Positions 9,017 to 20,325 are shown, counted from the first letter of the stretch. The stretch: 64,000 nucleotides of DNA from an uncultured Desulfobulbia bacterium (GCA_964653055.1 CAZZCA010000008.1:5371-69370), one strand, 5' to 3'. The notes: generated by a model from the letters alone, not told the origin. Made by a program: numbers and translations.

Positions 9017-9223
9017 ATGAGCAAGAAATTAATCGGTTTGGCAATGGCTATGGTTTTCAGTATGAGTGTAGCTGGTGGTGCTTTGGCTGCTACTGTTAAA
9101 TGTACTGTTGACAGTGTTGATGGTAACAAAGTTACCATGACCTGTAAAAAAGCAAGCAAGCTTCATGCTGGTGATAAAGTTAAAGTAAAACCTGCTAAGA
9201 AAAAAGCGGTTGAAGGCTGCTAA
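9017..9223 (+). CDS. Small secreted beta-rich protein with C-terminal GC, ExtJ-like
   Basis: AAGGAG RBS; signal peptide ending ALA-A; mature TVKCTVDSVDGNKVTMTC...AVEGC; resemblance to Geobacter ExtJ is from memory. Confidence 0.8.
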   Translation: MSKKLIGLAMAMVFSMSVAGGALAATVKCTVDSVDGNKVTMTCKKASKLHAGDKVKVKPAKKKAVEGC

Positions 9224-9254
9224 TTATCGCCTTTAATCTCTTTTCACGTTGTGA

Positions 9255-9293
9255 AAGACCGTTTGATCTTCGGATGAAGCGGTCTTTTTTTTT
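9255..9293 (+). terminator. Rho-independent terminator
   Basis: AAGACCG...cTTCGg loop...CGGTCTT followed by a T run. Confidence 0.85.
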
Positions 9294-9370
9294 GGGGTTT
9301 GCCCTCTCTGGTTTCGATGGGGTATTCTCTGTAATAACAACATGTTAGCTTGGGGCTGTCGGGGATAGGG

Positions 9371-10180
9371 ATGGATGTTTTTTATGGAGCCTTTCTTGGG
9401 TTTCTCCAGGGGGCCACAGAGTTTCTGCCTATTTCAAGTTCCGCTCACCTAGCTCTGGCTGGGTATTTCTTTCAGGTGGAGCAGGCCGGGCTGACCTTTG
9501 ATGTGGCCCTGCACCTGGGAACTCTCCTGGCTATTTTATGCTATTTCCGACAGGATTTTATGGCTATGGTCCGGGGGCTCTTGGCTCGGGGTACCTGGCA
9601 GGAGATAGCGGAGCAGCGTCGGCGGATTTTGTTTATAACTCTGGCCACCATGCCGGCGGTGGGGGCAGGTCTTGTCTTTGGTCATGCAGCGGAAACTGTT
9701 TTTCGTTCACCCCTGATTATTGCCTTTACCCTGTCAGCAGCCGGCCTGTTGCTCTGGTTTGCCGATAAATGGGGGAAGAAGGACCGTGATTACACCTCCA
9801 TAACTTTGAAAGACGCGTTTATAATCGGCTGTGCCCAGGCCCTGGCTTTGATCCCGGGGGTGTCCCGCAGTGGCAGTACCATGACGGCGGCTCTTTTCCT
9901 TGGCCTCAGCCGGCCGGCGGCGGCTCTTTTTTCTTTTCTGCTGTCAGCCCCGGTTGTGTTTGGCGCGGGAATTTATAATATCCCCAAGGTCATGGATCAG
10001 AGTTTTGCTCCGGGACAGGTAGCTTTTTATTTGACCGGGGTAGGGGTGGCTGCTGTTTCCGGTTATCTGTTCATCGCCTTTCTCATGCGTTTTGTCCGGA
10101 CCAGGAGTCTTGCTCTCTTTGCCTATTATCGTTTTCTGCTGTCGGCTCTGGTGGTGCTGGCTCTTGCTCTTGGTTATTAG
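9371..10180 (+). CDS. uppP: Undecaprenyl-diphosphate phosphatase
   Basis: LQGATEFLPISSSAH, DVALHLGT, ALIPGVSRSGST, FSFLLSAP. Confidence 0.95.
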   Translation: MDVFYGAFLGFLQGATEFLPISSSAHLALAGYFFQVEQAGLTFDVALHLGTLLAILCYFRQDFMAMVRGLLARGTWQEIAEQRRRILFITLATMPAVGAGLVFGHAAETVFRSPLIIAFTLSAAGLLLWFADKWGKKDRDYTSITLKDAFIIGCAQALALIPGVSRSGSTMTAALFLGLSRPAAALFSFLLSAPVVFGAGIYNIPKVMDQSFAPGQVAFYLTGVGVAAVSGYLFIAFLMRFVRTRSLALFAYYRFLLSALVVLALALGY

Positions 10181-10261
10181 TGGCGATGTGGTAAAATACG
10201 GATTAAGATTATTTCAGGTCATGCTCCAGGCAGGCCTTAAGTTTTACAGGAGGAGGTTGGA

Positions 10262-10951
10262 GTGGCATCTGTAGAGTTATCTGACAAGGCCCAGCAGGTC
10301 TTAAGACGGATCCGCAAGAGGTTCAAGGTTGGCTTTGAGCCGTTTCGGGTTAAAGACATAGAGTTGCAGATTCTTAAGGTGACAGACCTTGAGCATCTGC
10401 TGGCAGGCAAGGATCCTTTTGCCGATGTTTCGGCCTTTCCTTTCTGGATCAAGCTGTGGGAGGCGGCGATGATGCTGTCTGGGATCATGGCCTCCATGGA
10501 ACATGACAGCAAGAGACGGGTACTAGAGCTGGGTGCCGGCCTGGGTGTCCCCGGTCTGGTGGCTGCCGCCCGTGGAGGCCAGGTAACCATCAGTGATTAT
10601 GAACCCCATATTCTTGATTTTCAGCGGGTCAGTGCTGCTGCCAGTGGTCTGGAGAATATTGAGTTCAGGATGATTGACTGGAAAAACCCACCGGAGATGC
10701 CCCGTTTTGATATGATTGTCGGGGCGGAGATTCTGTTTCGGGATGAGTTTTTTCAGCCCCTTCTTGATGTTTTTGACCGCTATCTGGCTCCGGACGGGAT
10801 CATCTATCTCTCCCATGACTCCAGGCGCAAGAGTGTGCCCAAATTCCTGGAGGTTGCCAAAAAAGATTATGAAATTGCCGTGATGTCACGGAAGATGCGC
10901 TCTGAAGATGGCGAGATTACTATTCTGATCAATCGTCTTAAGCGGAGATAA
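10262..10951 (+). CDS. Class I SAM methyltransferase, METTL21/Nnt1-like (putative protein lysine MTase)
   Basis: PFWIKLWEAA, VLELGAGLGVPG, ISDY, IVGAEILF; GTG start with AGGAGG RBS. Confidence 0.85.
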   Translation: MASVELSDKAQQVLRRIRKRFKVGFEPFRVKDIELQILKVTDLEHLLAGKDPFADVSAFPFWIKLWEAAMMLSGIMASMEHDSKRRVLELGAGLGVPGLVAAARGGQVTISDYEPHILDFQRVSAAASGLENIEFRMIDWKNPPEMPRFDMIVGAEILFRDEFFQPLLDVFDRYLAPDGIIYLSHDSRRKSVPKFLEVAKKDYEIAVMSRKMRSEDGEITILINRLKRR

Positions 10952-10997
10952 TGGTTTGCCGGTTTTTTTGATAAGCTTACTTTCTTAAAGGGTTTCT

Positions 10998-11810
10998 ATG
11001 CGGTATCAGGATATCGACTGGAACAGTTTATGGCAGGAGGCCCGGCGCCAGAAAAGCTGGCAGAAGAAGAAAAGCAGTGACTGGGACAGGAAGGCCGCTG
11101 GTTTTGCTGAAAGAAACTGTGATTCTGCCTATGTTGAGCTCTTTCTGCGGCAGATGGATATTGATTCTGATTTTAGTATTCTGGATATTGGCTCCGGCCC
11201 CGGGACTCTGGCCCTGCCCTTGGCCCGGAAAACCCGAAAGGTAACGGCAGTTGATTTTTCACCGGCCATGCTGAAGGAGTTGAGTCGGCGGGCGGATTTG
11301 GAGGAATTAACAAATATCAGGACGGTTGAGGCCTCGTGGACTGATGACTGGCAGCAGGCCGGGATTGAACCCCATGATGTGGTTGTCTGTTCCCGGGCCC
11401 TTTCGGTGGATAATCTCCAGAAGGCCCTGGCCCGGCTGGATGGTTGGGCCAGAAAGAGGGTCTATGTTACCGATCGGGTGGGTAGCGGTCCTTTTGATCC
11501 GGACCTTTTTGCCCTTTTAGATCGTCCGTTTGTGGCTGGACCTGATTATATCTTTACCATTAATATGTTATACCGAATGGGAATAAACCCTTCAGTTGAT
11601 TATATTGAACTGGAGCAGTCCCGTGTTTTTGCCAGTCACGAGCAGGCAATGGCGGCCTGCAGGTGGATGTTTGAATCATTGAACGGGGAGGAAGAGGATA
11701 AGCTGGCGGCCTTTGTTGAGCAGCGTCTTCGCCCTGTTGCTGACGGGATGATGCAGTACAGCAGGCGTACCCCGGTTAAATGGGCTCTTATTTCCTGGGC
11801 CAAGGATTAA
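10998..11810 (+). CDS. Class I SAM-dependent methyltransferase
   Basis: ILDIGSGPGTLA, VTAVDFSPAML, HDVVVCSR. Confidence 0.88.
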   Translation: MRYQDIDWNSLWQEARRQKSWQKKKSSDWDRKAAGFAERNCDSAYVELFLRQMDIDSDFSILDIGSGPGTLALPLARKTRKVTAVDFSPAMLKELSRRADLEELTNIRTVEASWTDDWQQAGIEPHDVVVCSRALSVDNLQKALARLDGWARKRVYVTDRVGSGPFDPDLFALLDRPFVAGPDYIFTINMLYRMGINPSVDYIELEQSRVFASHEQAMAACRWMFESLNGEEEDKLAAFVEQRLRPVADGMMQYSRRTPVKWALISWAKD

Positions 11811-11825
11811 TCAGCAGGTGTTGTT

Positions 11826-13172
11826 ATGAGAATCATGATTGTCGGGGCCGGCCATGTCGGTCATTATCTCTGTGAGAAATTGTCAGTGGAAGGTCAGGAA
11901 GTTGTTCTGGTTGACCGGGATAAGGTCAAGCTGCAGCGGATGGAGCGGGAGCTTAATATCCTGCCGGTTTATGGCAGCGGCGCCTCATCTCGAGTCCTGG
12001 AAGAGGCTGGTATTGAGAACACCGATCTCTTTATTGCGGTTACTGATAGCGATGAGGTGAATCTGATATCCTGCATTATTTCCAAGCAGTATCAGGTAAA
12101 AAGTCGAATTGCCCGGGTTCGTAATGAGGATTTTTATGAGGCAGGGGAATCACTTTCGGAAAAGGCCCTTGATATTGATCTTCTCATCAGTCCTGATATT
12201 GCCATGACCGATGAGATTCTTCAGCTCAGCCAGCTTTCCGATGCCTTTGATGTAGCTGAGTTTGCTGGCGGTCAGGTAGAGCTTTTGGGCTATGATGTCA
12301 ATGGGTCCAATCCCATGGTGGGGGTTTCCCTCCAGCAGATGCAGCGGATGCAGAGCCATAATAATTTTGTTATTGTCGCTATTCTTCGGGAAGAGGAGAC
12401 CATTATTCCTCGGGGTGAGACCACCATTGAGGAGGGTGATAAGATTTATCTGGTTGCCCGGAAGAAGGACCTGGCCGAGGTGGAGTCGCTTTTTAATTTT
12501 ACCGGTCGGGCAGCCCGTGAGGTTTTCATTATCGGTGGCGGCAGTATCGGCTACCAGGTGGCTAAACGGATGGAACAGCAGCAGATTAATGTCCGTCTGG
12601 TGGAGGAGGACCCGGAGCGTTGTGATTTTCTCACCAGTCAGTTGGACAATACGGTTGTCCTTAATTTTGACGGGCTTGAGGCCCATGATCTGCTTGAGGA
12701 AGGGATCGATCGGGCTGACCTGGTGGTTTCGGTTACCGATAGTGATACCACCAATATTCTTTCCAGTCTGCTGGCCAAACACCATGGTGCCAGTAAATGT
12801 ATTACTAAAATTACCCGTCCGGATTTTATTCCCCTGCTGGGGAAATTGGGGATTGATGTTGCCTTGAGTCCGCGGATGGCAGCGGCGGACATGATTCTTC
12901 GTTATGTCCGGGGGGGAGGCAAAATTGTATCGGTGGCTACTATTCTTGGCAGTGATGCTGAGGTGGTGGAAATTGAGGTTCCGGATAAAGAAACATTTAG
13001 CGGGGTGCTGCTCCAGGACCTGCAGTTCCCCCGGGATGCGGTTATCGGAGCAATTGTTCGCAAAAAAAAGGTGGTTATTCCCTCTGGGTCAACTAAACTG
13101 CGTACTGGCGATAAGCTGGTAATCTTTTTTGCCAGTGGCGCCATCTCTCATATTGAAGAGTTTTTTGGTTAA
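11826..13172 (+). CDS. trkA: Trk potassium uptake NAD-binding regulatory subunit
   Basis: Two RCK_N Rossmann motifs (IVGAGHVG, IIGGGSIG), each followed by an RCK_C domain. Confidence 0.95.
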   Translation: MRIMIVGAGHVGHYLCEKLSVEGQEVVLVDRDKVKLQRMERELNILPVYGSGASSRVLEEAGIENTDLFIAVTDSDEVNLISCIISKQYQVKSRIARVRNEDFYEAGESLSEKALDIDLLISPDIAMTDEILQLSQLSDAFDVAEFAGGQVELLGYDVNGSNPMVGVSLQQMQRMQSHNNFVIVAILREEETIIPRGETTIEEGDKIYLVARKKDLAEVESLFNFTGRAAREVFIIGGGSIGYQVAKRMEQQQINVRLVEEDPERCDFLTSQLDNTVVLNFDGLEAHDLLEEGIDRADLVVSVTDSDTTNILSSLLAKHHGASKCITKITRPDFIPLLGKLGIDVALSPRMAAADMILRYVRGGGKIVSVATILGSDAEVVEIEVPDKETFSGVLLQDLQFPRDAVIGAIVRKKKVVIPSGSTKLRTGDKLVIFFASGAISHIEEFFG

Positions 13173-13201
13173 GGTTCTCCTCTGGACCGGGTATGTGAAA
13201 A

Positions 13202-14725
13202 ATGCGTAGCGGCGGTGTATTAAATATTATCGGCAAGCTTCTTATTCTCTTGTCGTTTTTCCTCCTTACCCCCATTCCCTTCAGCCTCTATTTCAATGAC
13301 GGCATGGTCAGGGTGTTTCTGGTCTCATCTCTGCTGGGTGCCCTGGCCGGCGGCTTGATGGTGGCTTTGTTTCTGGAAGAGGACCTGGGCTATCGGGACG
13401 GGTTTGCGGTGGTGGTTTTAAGCTGGCTCGGTCTGGCTTTTATTGGCTCTCTGCCTTATTATTTCTGTGGGTTGGTACCTTCCTATGTGGATTGTTTTTT
13501 CGAGTCCATGTCCGGCTTTACCACCACTGGTTCGACAATTCTGGCCGAAGTTGAGGTGTTGCCCCGTAGTTTATTGTTCTGGCGGGCCACTACCCATTGG
13601 CTTGGCGGCATGGGTATTATTGTTCTTTCCCTGGCGATTCTTCCCCTGCTCGGCGTGGGAGGGATGCAGCTTTTCCAGGCGGAGATGCCCGGCCCCACCA
13701 AGGACCGCCTTGCTCCCCGGATTCAGGACACGGCCCGGATTCTCTGGGGTGTTTATTTTCTTTTTACCCTGCTTGAGATTGTTCTCTTGATGCTGGGGGG
13801 CATGAGCTTTTTTGATGCCACCTGCCATGCCTTTGCCACCCTGGCCACCGGTGGTTTTTCCACCCATACCGCAAGTGTTGCCCATTACGCTTCAGCTTAT
13901 ATTGATTATGTGATTGTGGTCTTTATGCTGCTGGCGGGGATTAATTTCTCCCTCCATCACCAGGCTCTGAAGAAGGGTCGTCTGTCTGTTTATTGGCAGA
14001 GCGAGGAATGCCGGTTTTTCCTCTTTCTTGTCACCTTTGTCACCATCTTTATCTTTGTGGTCAATGTTGCGGGTCAGGTTTATGCCTCTTATGGTCAGGC
14101 TTTCCGCGATACTTTGTTCCAGGTGGTGGCGATTATCACTACCACTGGTTTTGGTACAGCTGATTTTGATCAATGGCCGGTGGTCTGCAAGCTCCTGCTT
14201 CTGTCATTGATGTTCATCGGGGGCTGTGCCGGCTCCACCGGTGGCGGGATCAAGGTGGTTCGGTTGCTGCTTTTTTTCAAATATGCCCGGCTTCAGCTGC
14301 GGAACCTGGTGCATCCTCGGGCAGTGGGGGCAATCAAGCTGGGGAACCAGAAGGTGCCGAAAGAGGTGATGATTTCCATTCTCGGCTTTTTTGGGCTTTA
14401 TCTGGCCTTTTTTATGTTTGCAAGTATCATCGTTACCCTCCAGGGGGTGGATTTGATTACCGGGATGACTGCGGTGACCGCTACCTTGAATAATATCGGA
14501 CCTGGTCTGGCCGGGGTTGGCCCTGCCCGGAATTTTGCTGAGCTGCCGGTACTGGTAAAATGGGTGCTCAGTTTCTGCATGCTGGCCGGTCGTTTGGAAT
14601 TGTATACCGTGGCTGTGCTTCTGAGCCCTGATTTCTGGCAGATGGCCCGGCGCCCCCAATGGCGACCGGCCGGCTTGATCAAGGCCAGGCTGGCTGCCAG
14701 AAATGCAGAGGACAGTGATAAATAA
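13202..14725 (+). CDS. trkH: Trk potassium uptake membrane subunit
   Basis: [54 protein letters not shown]. Confidence 0.95.
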   Translation: MRSGGVLNIIGKLLILLSFFLLTPIPFSLYFNDGMVRVFLVSSLLGALAGGLMVALFLEEDLGYRDGFAVVVLSWLGLAFIGSLPYYFCGLVPSYVDCFFESMSGFTTTGSTILAEVEVLPRSLLFWRATTHWLGGMGIIVLSLAILPLLGVGGMQLFQAEMPGPTKDRLAPRIQDTARILWGVYFLFTLLEIVLLMLGGMSFFDATCHAFATLATGGFSTHTASVAHYASAYIDYVIVVFMLLAGINFSLHHQALKKGRLSVYWQSEECRFFLFLVTFVTIFIFVVNVAGQVYASYGQAFRDTLFQVVAIITTTGFGTADFDQWPVVCKLLLLSLMFIGGCAGSTGGGIKVVRLLLFFKYARLQLRNLVHPRAVGAIKLGNQKVPKEVMISILGFFGLYLAFFMFASIIVTLQGVDLITGMTAVTATLNNIGPGLAGVGPARNFAELPVLVKWVLSFCMLAGRLELYTVAVLLSPDFWQMARRPQWRPAGLIKARLAARNAEDSDK

Positions 14726-14727
14726 TC

Positions 14728-16596
14728 ATGGCAGATTATGACATAATTGTAATCGGCGCCGGTCATGCCGGCTGTGAGGCGGCCCTTGCCGCTGCCCGGA
14801 TGGGATGCCGGACAGCCATGCTCACTATTAATGCTGACAGTATCGGTGCCATGAGCTGCAATCCGGCCATCGGCGGTCTGGCCAAGGGGCATCTGGTCAA
14901 AGAGATTGACGCCCTTGGTGGTGAGATGGCGAAAAATATCGATGCCACCGGTATCCAGTTCCGTCGGTTAAATACCAGCAAAGGACCGGCTGTCTGGTCA
15001 TCCCGGGCCCAGGCTGATCGACTCCTCTATCGCCTGCGGATGAAAGGGGTGGTGGAAAATCAGCCCAATCTTGACATCAGGCAGGATGTGGCTGATCGTC
15101 TGCTCATTGAAAATGACCAGCTGGTTGGGGTAATGACCTCTCTGGACGAGGTTCTTAATTGCCGGGCCCTGATCATAGCCACGGGCACCTTTTTAAATGG
15201 TCTGATCCATATCGGAATGAAGTCTTTTCCTGCTGGGCGAATGGGGGATGTGCCTTCTCTCAGCCTGGCAGAGAGCCTTTCCTCCTGCGGCTTTAAGATG
15301 GGTAGGATGAAAACCGGCACCACCCCCCGTCTTGACAGTAGCACCATTGATTATTCAGAACTGGAGGCCCAGTTCACTGATGAGAGCCCTTCCCTGTTCT
15401 CCTTTGCCAGTTCCGGAGACCCGGTTCTGGAACAGCGTCCCTGTTATATTACCTATACCAATGAAAAAACCCATGAGATTATCCGGGGTGGAACGGATCG
15501 TTCCCCCATGTATGCCGGGATCATCGAGGGGGTAGGGGCCCGTTATTGTCCTTCCATCGAGGACAAGGTCATGCGTTTCCCGGAAAAAAATCGTCACCAG
15601 ATATTCCTTGAGCCGGAAGGGCTGGATACGGTGGAGGTCTACCCAAATGGTGTACCCACCAGTATGCCGGTGGATGTCCAGCTGGCCATGCTGCGCAGTA
15701 TCAAGGGTCTTGAGCAGGTTAAGATGATCCGCCCCGGCTATGCCATTGAATATGATTATATTGACCCCCTGGAGCTGCACCCGTCCCTTGAGACCAAGCG
15801 GGTTAAGGGCCTTTTTCTGGCCGGTCAGATCAATGGGACCTCCGGTTATGAAGAGGCTGCGGCCCAAGGCCTGATTGCCGCCATCAATGCGGTAAACAAA
15901 TTGCGGGGTCAGGAGCCGCTGGTCCTTGATCGCTCCCAGGCCTATATCGGTGTTCTTATTGATGACCTGGTTACCCGGGGGACCAGTGAGCCCTATCGCC
16001 TCTTTACCTCCCGGGCTGAATATCGACTTCTTCTGCGGGAGGATAATGCTGATCTGCGTCTGCGGGAGATCGGTTATGGTCTTGGCCTGATCTCGGATGA
16101 AGATTACCTTGCTTTCAGCAAAAAGAGTGGAGCCATTGCTCAGGCTGTTACCTGGCTCAGTGAGGTTAGGGTGAACCCCACAGCTGCCATCAATGACCGA
16201 TTGACCGCCCGGGACATGGCTCCTTTGCGCCAGCCGGTAACCCTGGCTGAGCTGTTGCGGCGGCCGGAGCTTGGTCTGGCTGACCTTGCCCCTATAGCCG
16301 GGCTGGAAGAGCTGGAGGTTGCGCCGGAGGTAGCTGAGGAAGTGGTGATAGCGGTAAAATACGAAGGATATATTGACCGCCAGCAGGAGCAGGTTGAGCG
16401 TTTTCGCCGATTGGAAAATATTGCCCTGCCCGAGGATATGGAATATCAGGGCCTGCCCGGACTTTCCAATGAGGCGGTGGAGAAATTAAGTCGGGTTGCC
16501 CCCAGGTCTCTTGGCCAGGCCTCGCGGATTTCCGGGATAACCCCGGCGGCAATCTCGGTTTTACAGGTTCACCTTAAGAAGGAGGGCTTGTTATGA
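14728..16596 (+). CDS. mnmG: tRNA uridine-5-carboxymethylaminomethyl modification enzyme
   Basis: [58 protein letters not shown]. Confidence 0.97.
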   Translation: MADYDIIVIGAGHAGCEAALAAARMGCRTAMLTINADSIGAMSCNPAIGGLAKGHLVKEIDALGGEMAKNIDATGIQFRRLNTSKGPAVWSSRAQADRLLYRLRMKGVVENQPNLDIRQDVADRLLIENDQLVGVMTSLDEVLNCRALIIATGTFLNGLIHIGMKSFPAGRMGDVPSLSLAESLSSCGFKMGRMKTGTTPRLDSSTIDYSELEAQFTDESPSLFSFASSGDPVLEQRPCYITYTNEKTHEIIRGGTDRSPMYAGIIEGVGARYCPSIEDKVMRFPEKNRHQIFLEPEGLDTVEVYPNGVPTSMPVDVQLAMLRSIKGLEQVKMIRPGYAIEYDYIDPLELHPSLETKRVKGLFLAGQINGTSGYEEAAAQGLIAAINAVNKLRGQEPLVLDRSQAYIGVLIDDLVTRGTSEPYRLFTSRAEYRLLLREDNADLRLREIGYGLGLISDEDYLAFSKKSGAIAQAVTWLSEVRVNPTAAINDRLTARDMAPLRQPVTLAELLRRPELGLADLAPIAGLEELEVAPEVAEEVVIAVKYEGYIDRQQEQVERFRRLENIALPEDMEYQGLPGLSNEAVEKLSRVAPRSLGQASRISGITPAAISVLQVHLKKEGLL

Positions 16597-17846
16597 AAAA
16601 GATTCTGGTGGTGGAAGATAATCGGATGGTTGGCCTTATGGTCTCCAAACGTCTGGAGCAGCAGGATTATGAGCCGGTCTGGGTTAAAACCATGGCTGAG
16701 GCCAGGCATTGCCTGGAGGATGGAATTTTATTCTTTGCCGCTCTTCTTGACTATAATCTGCCGGACGCCGCCAATGGAGAGATAATTGATCTGGTGGTGG
16801 ATCGGGACATCCCCTCTATTGTTTTCACCGGTATGGTTGACAATGAGGTACGGGACAAGGTCTGGGCCCGGAATGTGGTGGATTATGTATTGAAGGAGGA
16901 TAGCCAGAGCCTCAATTATATTATTTATATGCTGGGTCGCCTTGAGAAGAACCGGGGGGTCAAGGTCCTGGTGGTTGACAGCTCTCCCTTGCAGCGACAG
17001 ATGCAGGTTGACCTGTTGAAGATTCATCATTATCAGGTATTGGTGGCTGATAGTGGTGCTGAGGCCCTGGAGCTTTGTCAGCAACACCCTGAGATCAAGC
17101 TGATTATTACCGATGTCCAGCTGCCGGAAATGGACGGTCTGGAGCTGGTGAAGAGGTTGCGGCGCAAGTACAGACGGGAGGATCTGGCCATTATCGGGAT
17201 CTCGTCGAGGCGGGAGCACCTGATGGCTGCCCGTTTTATTAAATACGGGGCGACTGATTTCCTGGTCAAGGAATCACTTATTGCCGAGGAATTTTACAGC
17301 AGGGTTACTCAGGCCATTGAGTACCTGGAACAGATCTGCCTTATCCGGGAATCAGCGATTAAGGATCATCTTACCGGTCTTTATAATCGCCGTTATTTTT
17401 TTGATGCCGGAGCTAGTATGGTGGCTAGTGCCCAGCGGAACAGGACGGGCCTGGTCTGTGCCATGCTTGATATTGATTTTTTTAAAAAGGTTAATGATTC
17501 CTATGGCCATGATATGGGGGACCTGGTTCTTCGGCAGGTTGCAGATATCCTTGCTAAAAGAATCCGTAAGTCCGACATTGTTGCCCGGGTGGGGGGGGAG
17601 GAGTTCTGTATCCTGGCCCAGAATGTTAAGCCAGAGGCGGTGGCGGATATTTTTGACGGTCTCAGGCGGATAGTGGGTGATGCGGTGATTACGGTTCCGG
17701 GGACTGAGGAGAAATTATCTATTACCGTCAGTATCGGGGTCACCACCCGGGCTACATCATCCCTGGGTGAGATGATGAAAACGGCAGATGCCTTTCTTTA
17801 CCAGGCCAAGGAGCAGGGCCGGAATCGGGTTGTCGGTGATTGCTAA
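16593..17846 (+). CDS. REC-REC-GGDEF diguanylate cyclase (PleD-like architecture)
   Basis: Two receiver domains; [10 protein letters not shown]; RKSD I-site; GGEEF active site. Confidence 0.93.
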   Translation: MKKILVVEDNRMVGLMVSKRLEQQDYEPVWVKTMAEARHCLEDGILFFAALLDYNLPDAANGEIIDLVVDRDIPSIVFTGMVDNEVRDKVWARNVVDYVLKEDSQSLNYIIYMLGRLEKNRGVKVLVVDSSPLQRQMQVDLLKIHHYQVLVADSGAEALELCQQHPEIKLIITDVQLPEMDGLELVKRLRRKYRREDLAIIGISSRREHLMAARFIKYGATDFLVKESLIAEEFYSRVTQAIEYLEQICLIRESAIKDHLTGLYNRRYFFDAGASMVASAQRNRTGLVCAMLDIDFFKKVNDSYGHDMGDLVLRQVADILAKRIRKSDIVARVGGEEFCILAQNVKPEAVADIFDGLRRIVGDAVITVPGTEEKLSITVSIGVTTRATSSLGEMMKTADAFLYQAKEQGRNRVVGDC

Positions 17847-17859
17847 CGGACCAGAGGTG

Positions 17860-18897
17860 ATGAGCAGGATTGCTGCCGGCCTCTTTATCCCGGATGATCA
17901 GATCAGGGAGGTGGAGCCTTTAGCCGGCGGCCATATTAACGAGACCTTCCTTGTTCATTGTGCTGAGGTAAGTGAAAATTTCATCCTCCAGCGTTTAAAT
18001 TCCCGGGTTTTCCCAGAGTCTCGTGGCCTCATGGCCAATCTCGAGCTTCTTTTTGACCATCTGCCGGCGGTGCCATTTCTGCCCCGGCCCCTTCCCACCA
18101 TGACCGGTCGGTTTTATTGGCAGGATAATGATCTGTGGCGGGCATTTGCCTATGTTGCCGGGTGCTGTCCCGGCAGGGAGAATGCTGACCCGGGTCAGGG
18201 GGCAGAGGCCGGGAAAATTCTCGGCCGCTTTCATAGCCTGACAGCAGATCTTTCTCCCGCTGGTTTTATGGATCCCCTGCCCGGGTTTCATGTCACCTCA
18301 GTCTATCTTGCCCATTATGACAAGGTCTGCCAGAAGCTGAAACCAGAACCCCGGGAGAGTAATTGCCATGCTTTTATTGCCAGCCGAAGGTCCCGGGCCA
18401 GGGTATTGGAATCAGCCAGGTTCCGGGGCGAGCTTGAACCAGGAATCATCCATGGTGATCCCAGGCTTGCCAATATCCTTTTTGATAAGGATGATGGCCG
18501 GGCTCGGGTCCTGATTGACCTTGATACTGTGGGGCCTGGTCTGGTGCTTTGGGATATTGCTGATATGATCCGGTCATGCAGCCAGGACCAGAACGGCTGC
18601 TTTGTCACCAATTGCTGTGAGGCAACCATTGTCTCCTACCTGGCAGAGGCCGGCAGCCTGCTTACCCCAGGTGATCTTGATTATCTCTTTGATGCCATCT
18701 GGCTTTTGCCTTATGAGCTTGGTCTTCGTTTTTTTAGCGATTATCTGGCTGGCAACAGGTATTTTCAGGTAAGTGATGAGAAAGATAACCTGGGCCGGGC
18801 CGAGGATCAGTTTGCTCTGGTTGCCAGTATTGAGAGCCAGGAAGATGAGATCCGGTGGATAATAGATCAGCAGACAGCGCCGTTTAGAACAAAATAA
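17860..18897 (+). CDS. Aminoglycoside phosphotransferase/choline kinase-like protein (NahK-like sugar kinase possible)
   Basis: GGHINETF, LQRLN, IIHGDPRLANILF, LIDLDT; AGAGG RBS supports ATG 17860. Confidence 0.85.
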   Translation: MSRIAAGLFIPDDQIREVEPLAGGHINETFLVHCAEVSENFILQRLNSRVFPESRGLMANLELLFDHLPAVPFLPRPLPTMTGRFYWQDNDLWRAFAYVAGCCPGRENADPGQGAEAGKILGRFHSLTADLSPAGFMDPLPGFHVTSVYLAHYDKVCQKLKPEPRESNCHAFIASRRSRARVLESARFRGELEPGIIHGDPRLANILFDKDDGRARVLIDLDTVGPGLVLWDIADMIRSCSQDQNGCFVTNCCEATIVSYLAEAGSLLTPGDLDYLFDAIWLLPYELGLRFFSDYLAGNRYFQVSDEKDNLGRAEDQFALVASIESQEDEIRWIIDQQTAPFRTK

Positions 18898-18913
18898 TAA
18901 AGAGAGTTTCCCC

Positions 18914-19465
18914 ATGTCTATATACCTTATTCGCCATGGCAAAACAGCTGCCAATAAAGAAAATCGCTTTGCCGGTCGGACAGAAGAGCCCCTGCACCTA
19001 GAGGGGCTTACTCACCTGGAGGAGGTGGCAGCCGGTTTGTCATCAGCTGGTCTTGACCGGGTCTACGCCGGGCCGTTATTACGGACCAGGCAGTCTGCCG
19101 AGATCATAGCCAGGGCCTGTGGCTGTTCCTCTGCCGTGCTCAGTGGATTAAATGATATTGATCTGCCCCATTGGGACGGTTTGACCAAGGACGAGATAAG
19201 AGAGAGGTTTGGCCCGGAGTATCCTACCTGGCTGGCGGACCCCCCCGGGTTTCAGGTTGCTGGCTGTGAGACTCTGGCTGATGTTCAGGCTCGGGCGGTG
19301 CGGGATGTGGAACAGGTCCGGGCAGAAAATAAAGGGCTGACGATTCTGCTGGTTACCCATCTCATTGTTGCCCGCTGCCTCATCCTTCATTACCGGGATC
19401 AGCCCCTTGCTGATTTTCGCTCGGTGGAGGTGGCCAATGGAGCCATGGTGCCTATTATTGATTAA
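18914..19465 (+). CDS. Histidine phosphatase (phosphoglycerate mutase family)
   Basis: YLIRHGKT, RTRQSA, LLVTH. Confidence 0.9.
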   Translation: MSIYLIRHGKTAANKENRFAGRTEEPLHLEGLTHLEEVAAGLSSAGLDRVYAGPLLRTRQSAEIIARACGCSSAVLSGLNDIDLPHWDGLTKDEIRERFGPEYPTWLADPPGFQVAGCETLADVQARAVRDVEQVRAENKGLTILLVTHLIVARCLILHYRDQPLADFRSVEVANGAMVPIID

Positions 19466-20319
19466 CGGTTGATGTCGCGATGGGCAATGGTTGTCTTGAT
19501 GTCCTTTGCCTTGAGGAATTGACCAAGACGAGCTGTTACCGCCACTGATCGGTGGTGGCCGCCGGTGCAGCCCATGGCAATGGTGAGCCGGGCCTTTCCT
19601 TCCTCCTGGTATTGGGGGATGACCGAGAGGATCAGTTCCTCCAGTTTTTGAAGAAAATCCTGGCTGGCAGTATGATTCAGGACATAATCTGCCACAGCCT
19701 GCTCCAGGCCGGTATGGTGTTTCAGCTCAGGAATATAATAGGGGTTGGGCAGAAAACGCACGTCCCAGACAATATCGGCCTCTGTTGGTAGTTTATGTTT
19801 GAATCCGAAGGAAAGCAGGTTGATCCGCATGCCGGTGACCTGTTCATCGGTGATGCTGTTATGGATTCGCTGGCGCAGGTCCCTGGTGCTGAGGGTGCTG
19901 GTGTCGATTATGGATGTTGCCAGTTTTTTCAGGGGCTCGAGGCTTTCTTTTTCCAGTTTGATCCCTTCTCTGATTGAGCTGGCAGGAGCCAGGGGGTGGC
20001 TGCGGCGATGCTGGCTGAAGCGGCTGATCAGGGTTGCCTCATCGGTTTCAAGAAAAATCAGGTCAAGGCCGTGGTCTTTGATCAGGGATGCTATTTCCAT
20101 GCTGCCGGCGGGGAAGGCTTTGTCTCTGCAGTCCATGACCAGGGCCAGGCGGGTATGGCTGAATTTGTTCTGCTTGATTCGTTCAAGAAGGTTGGAGAGC
20201 AGGAAGAAGGGCAGGTTGTCAATGGCGTAAAAGCCTTCATCCTCAAGGAAATTAAGGGCCGTGCTTTTGCCGGAGCCGGAAAGACCGGTTATGATAATGG
20301 CATGGGTTGTGGGGGTCAT
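19462..20319 (-). CDS. rapZ: RNase adapter / P-loop protein RapZ (YvcJ)
   Basis: ITGLSGSGKS, SFGFKH, DVRFLPNP, GCTGGHHRSV. Confidence 0.95.
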   Translation of the reverse strand: MTPTTHAIIITGLSGSGKSTALNFLEDEGFYAIDNLPFFLLSNLLERIKQNKFSHTRLALVMDCRDKAFPAGSMEIASLIKDHGLDLIFLETDEATLISRFSQHRRSHPLAPASSIREGIKLEKESLEPLKKLATSIIDTSTLSTRDLRQRIHNSITDEQVTGMRINLLSFGFKHKLPTEADIVWDVRFLPNPYYIPELKHHTGLEQAVADYVLNHTASQDFLQKLEELILSVIPQYQEEGKARLTIAMGCTGGHHRSVAVTARLGQFLKAKDIKTTIAHRDINR

Positions 20320-20325
20320 GATTTT

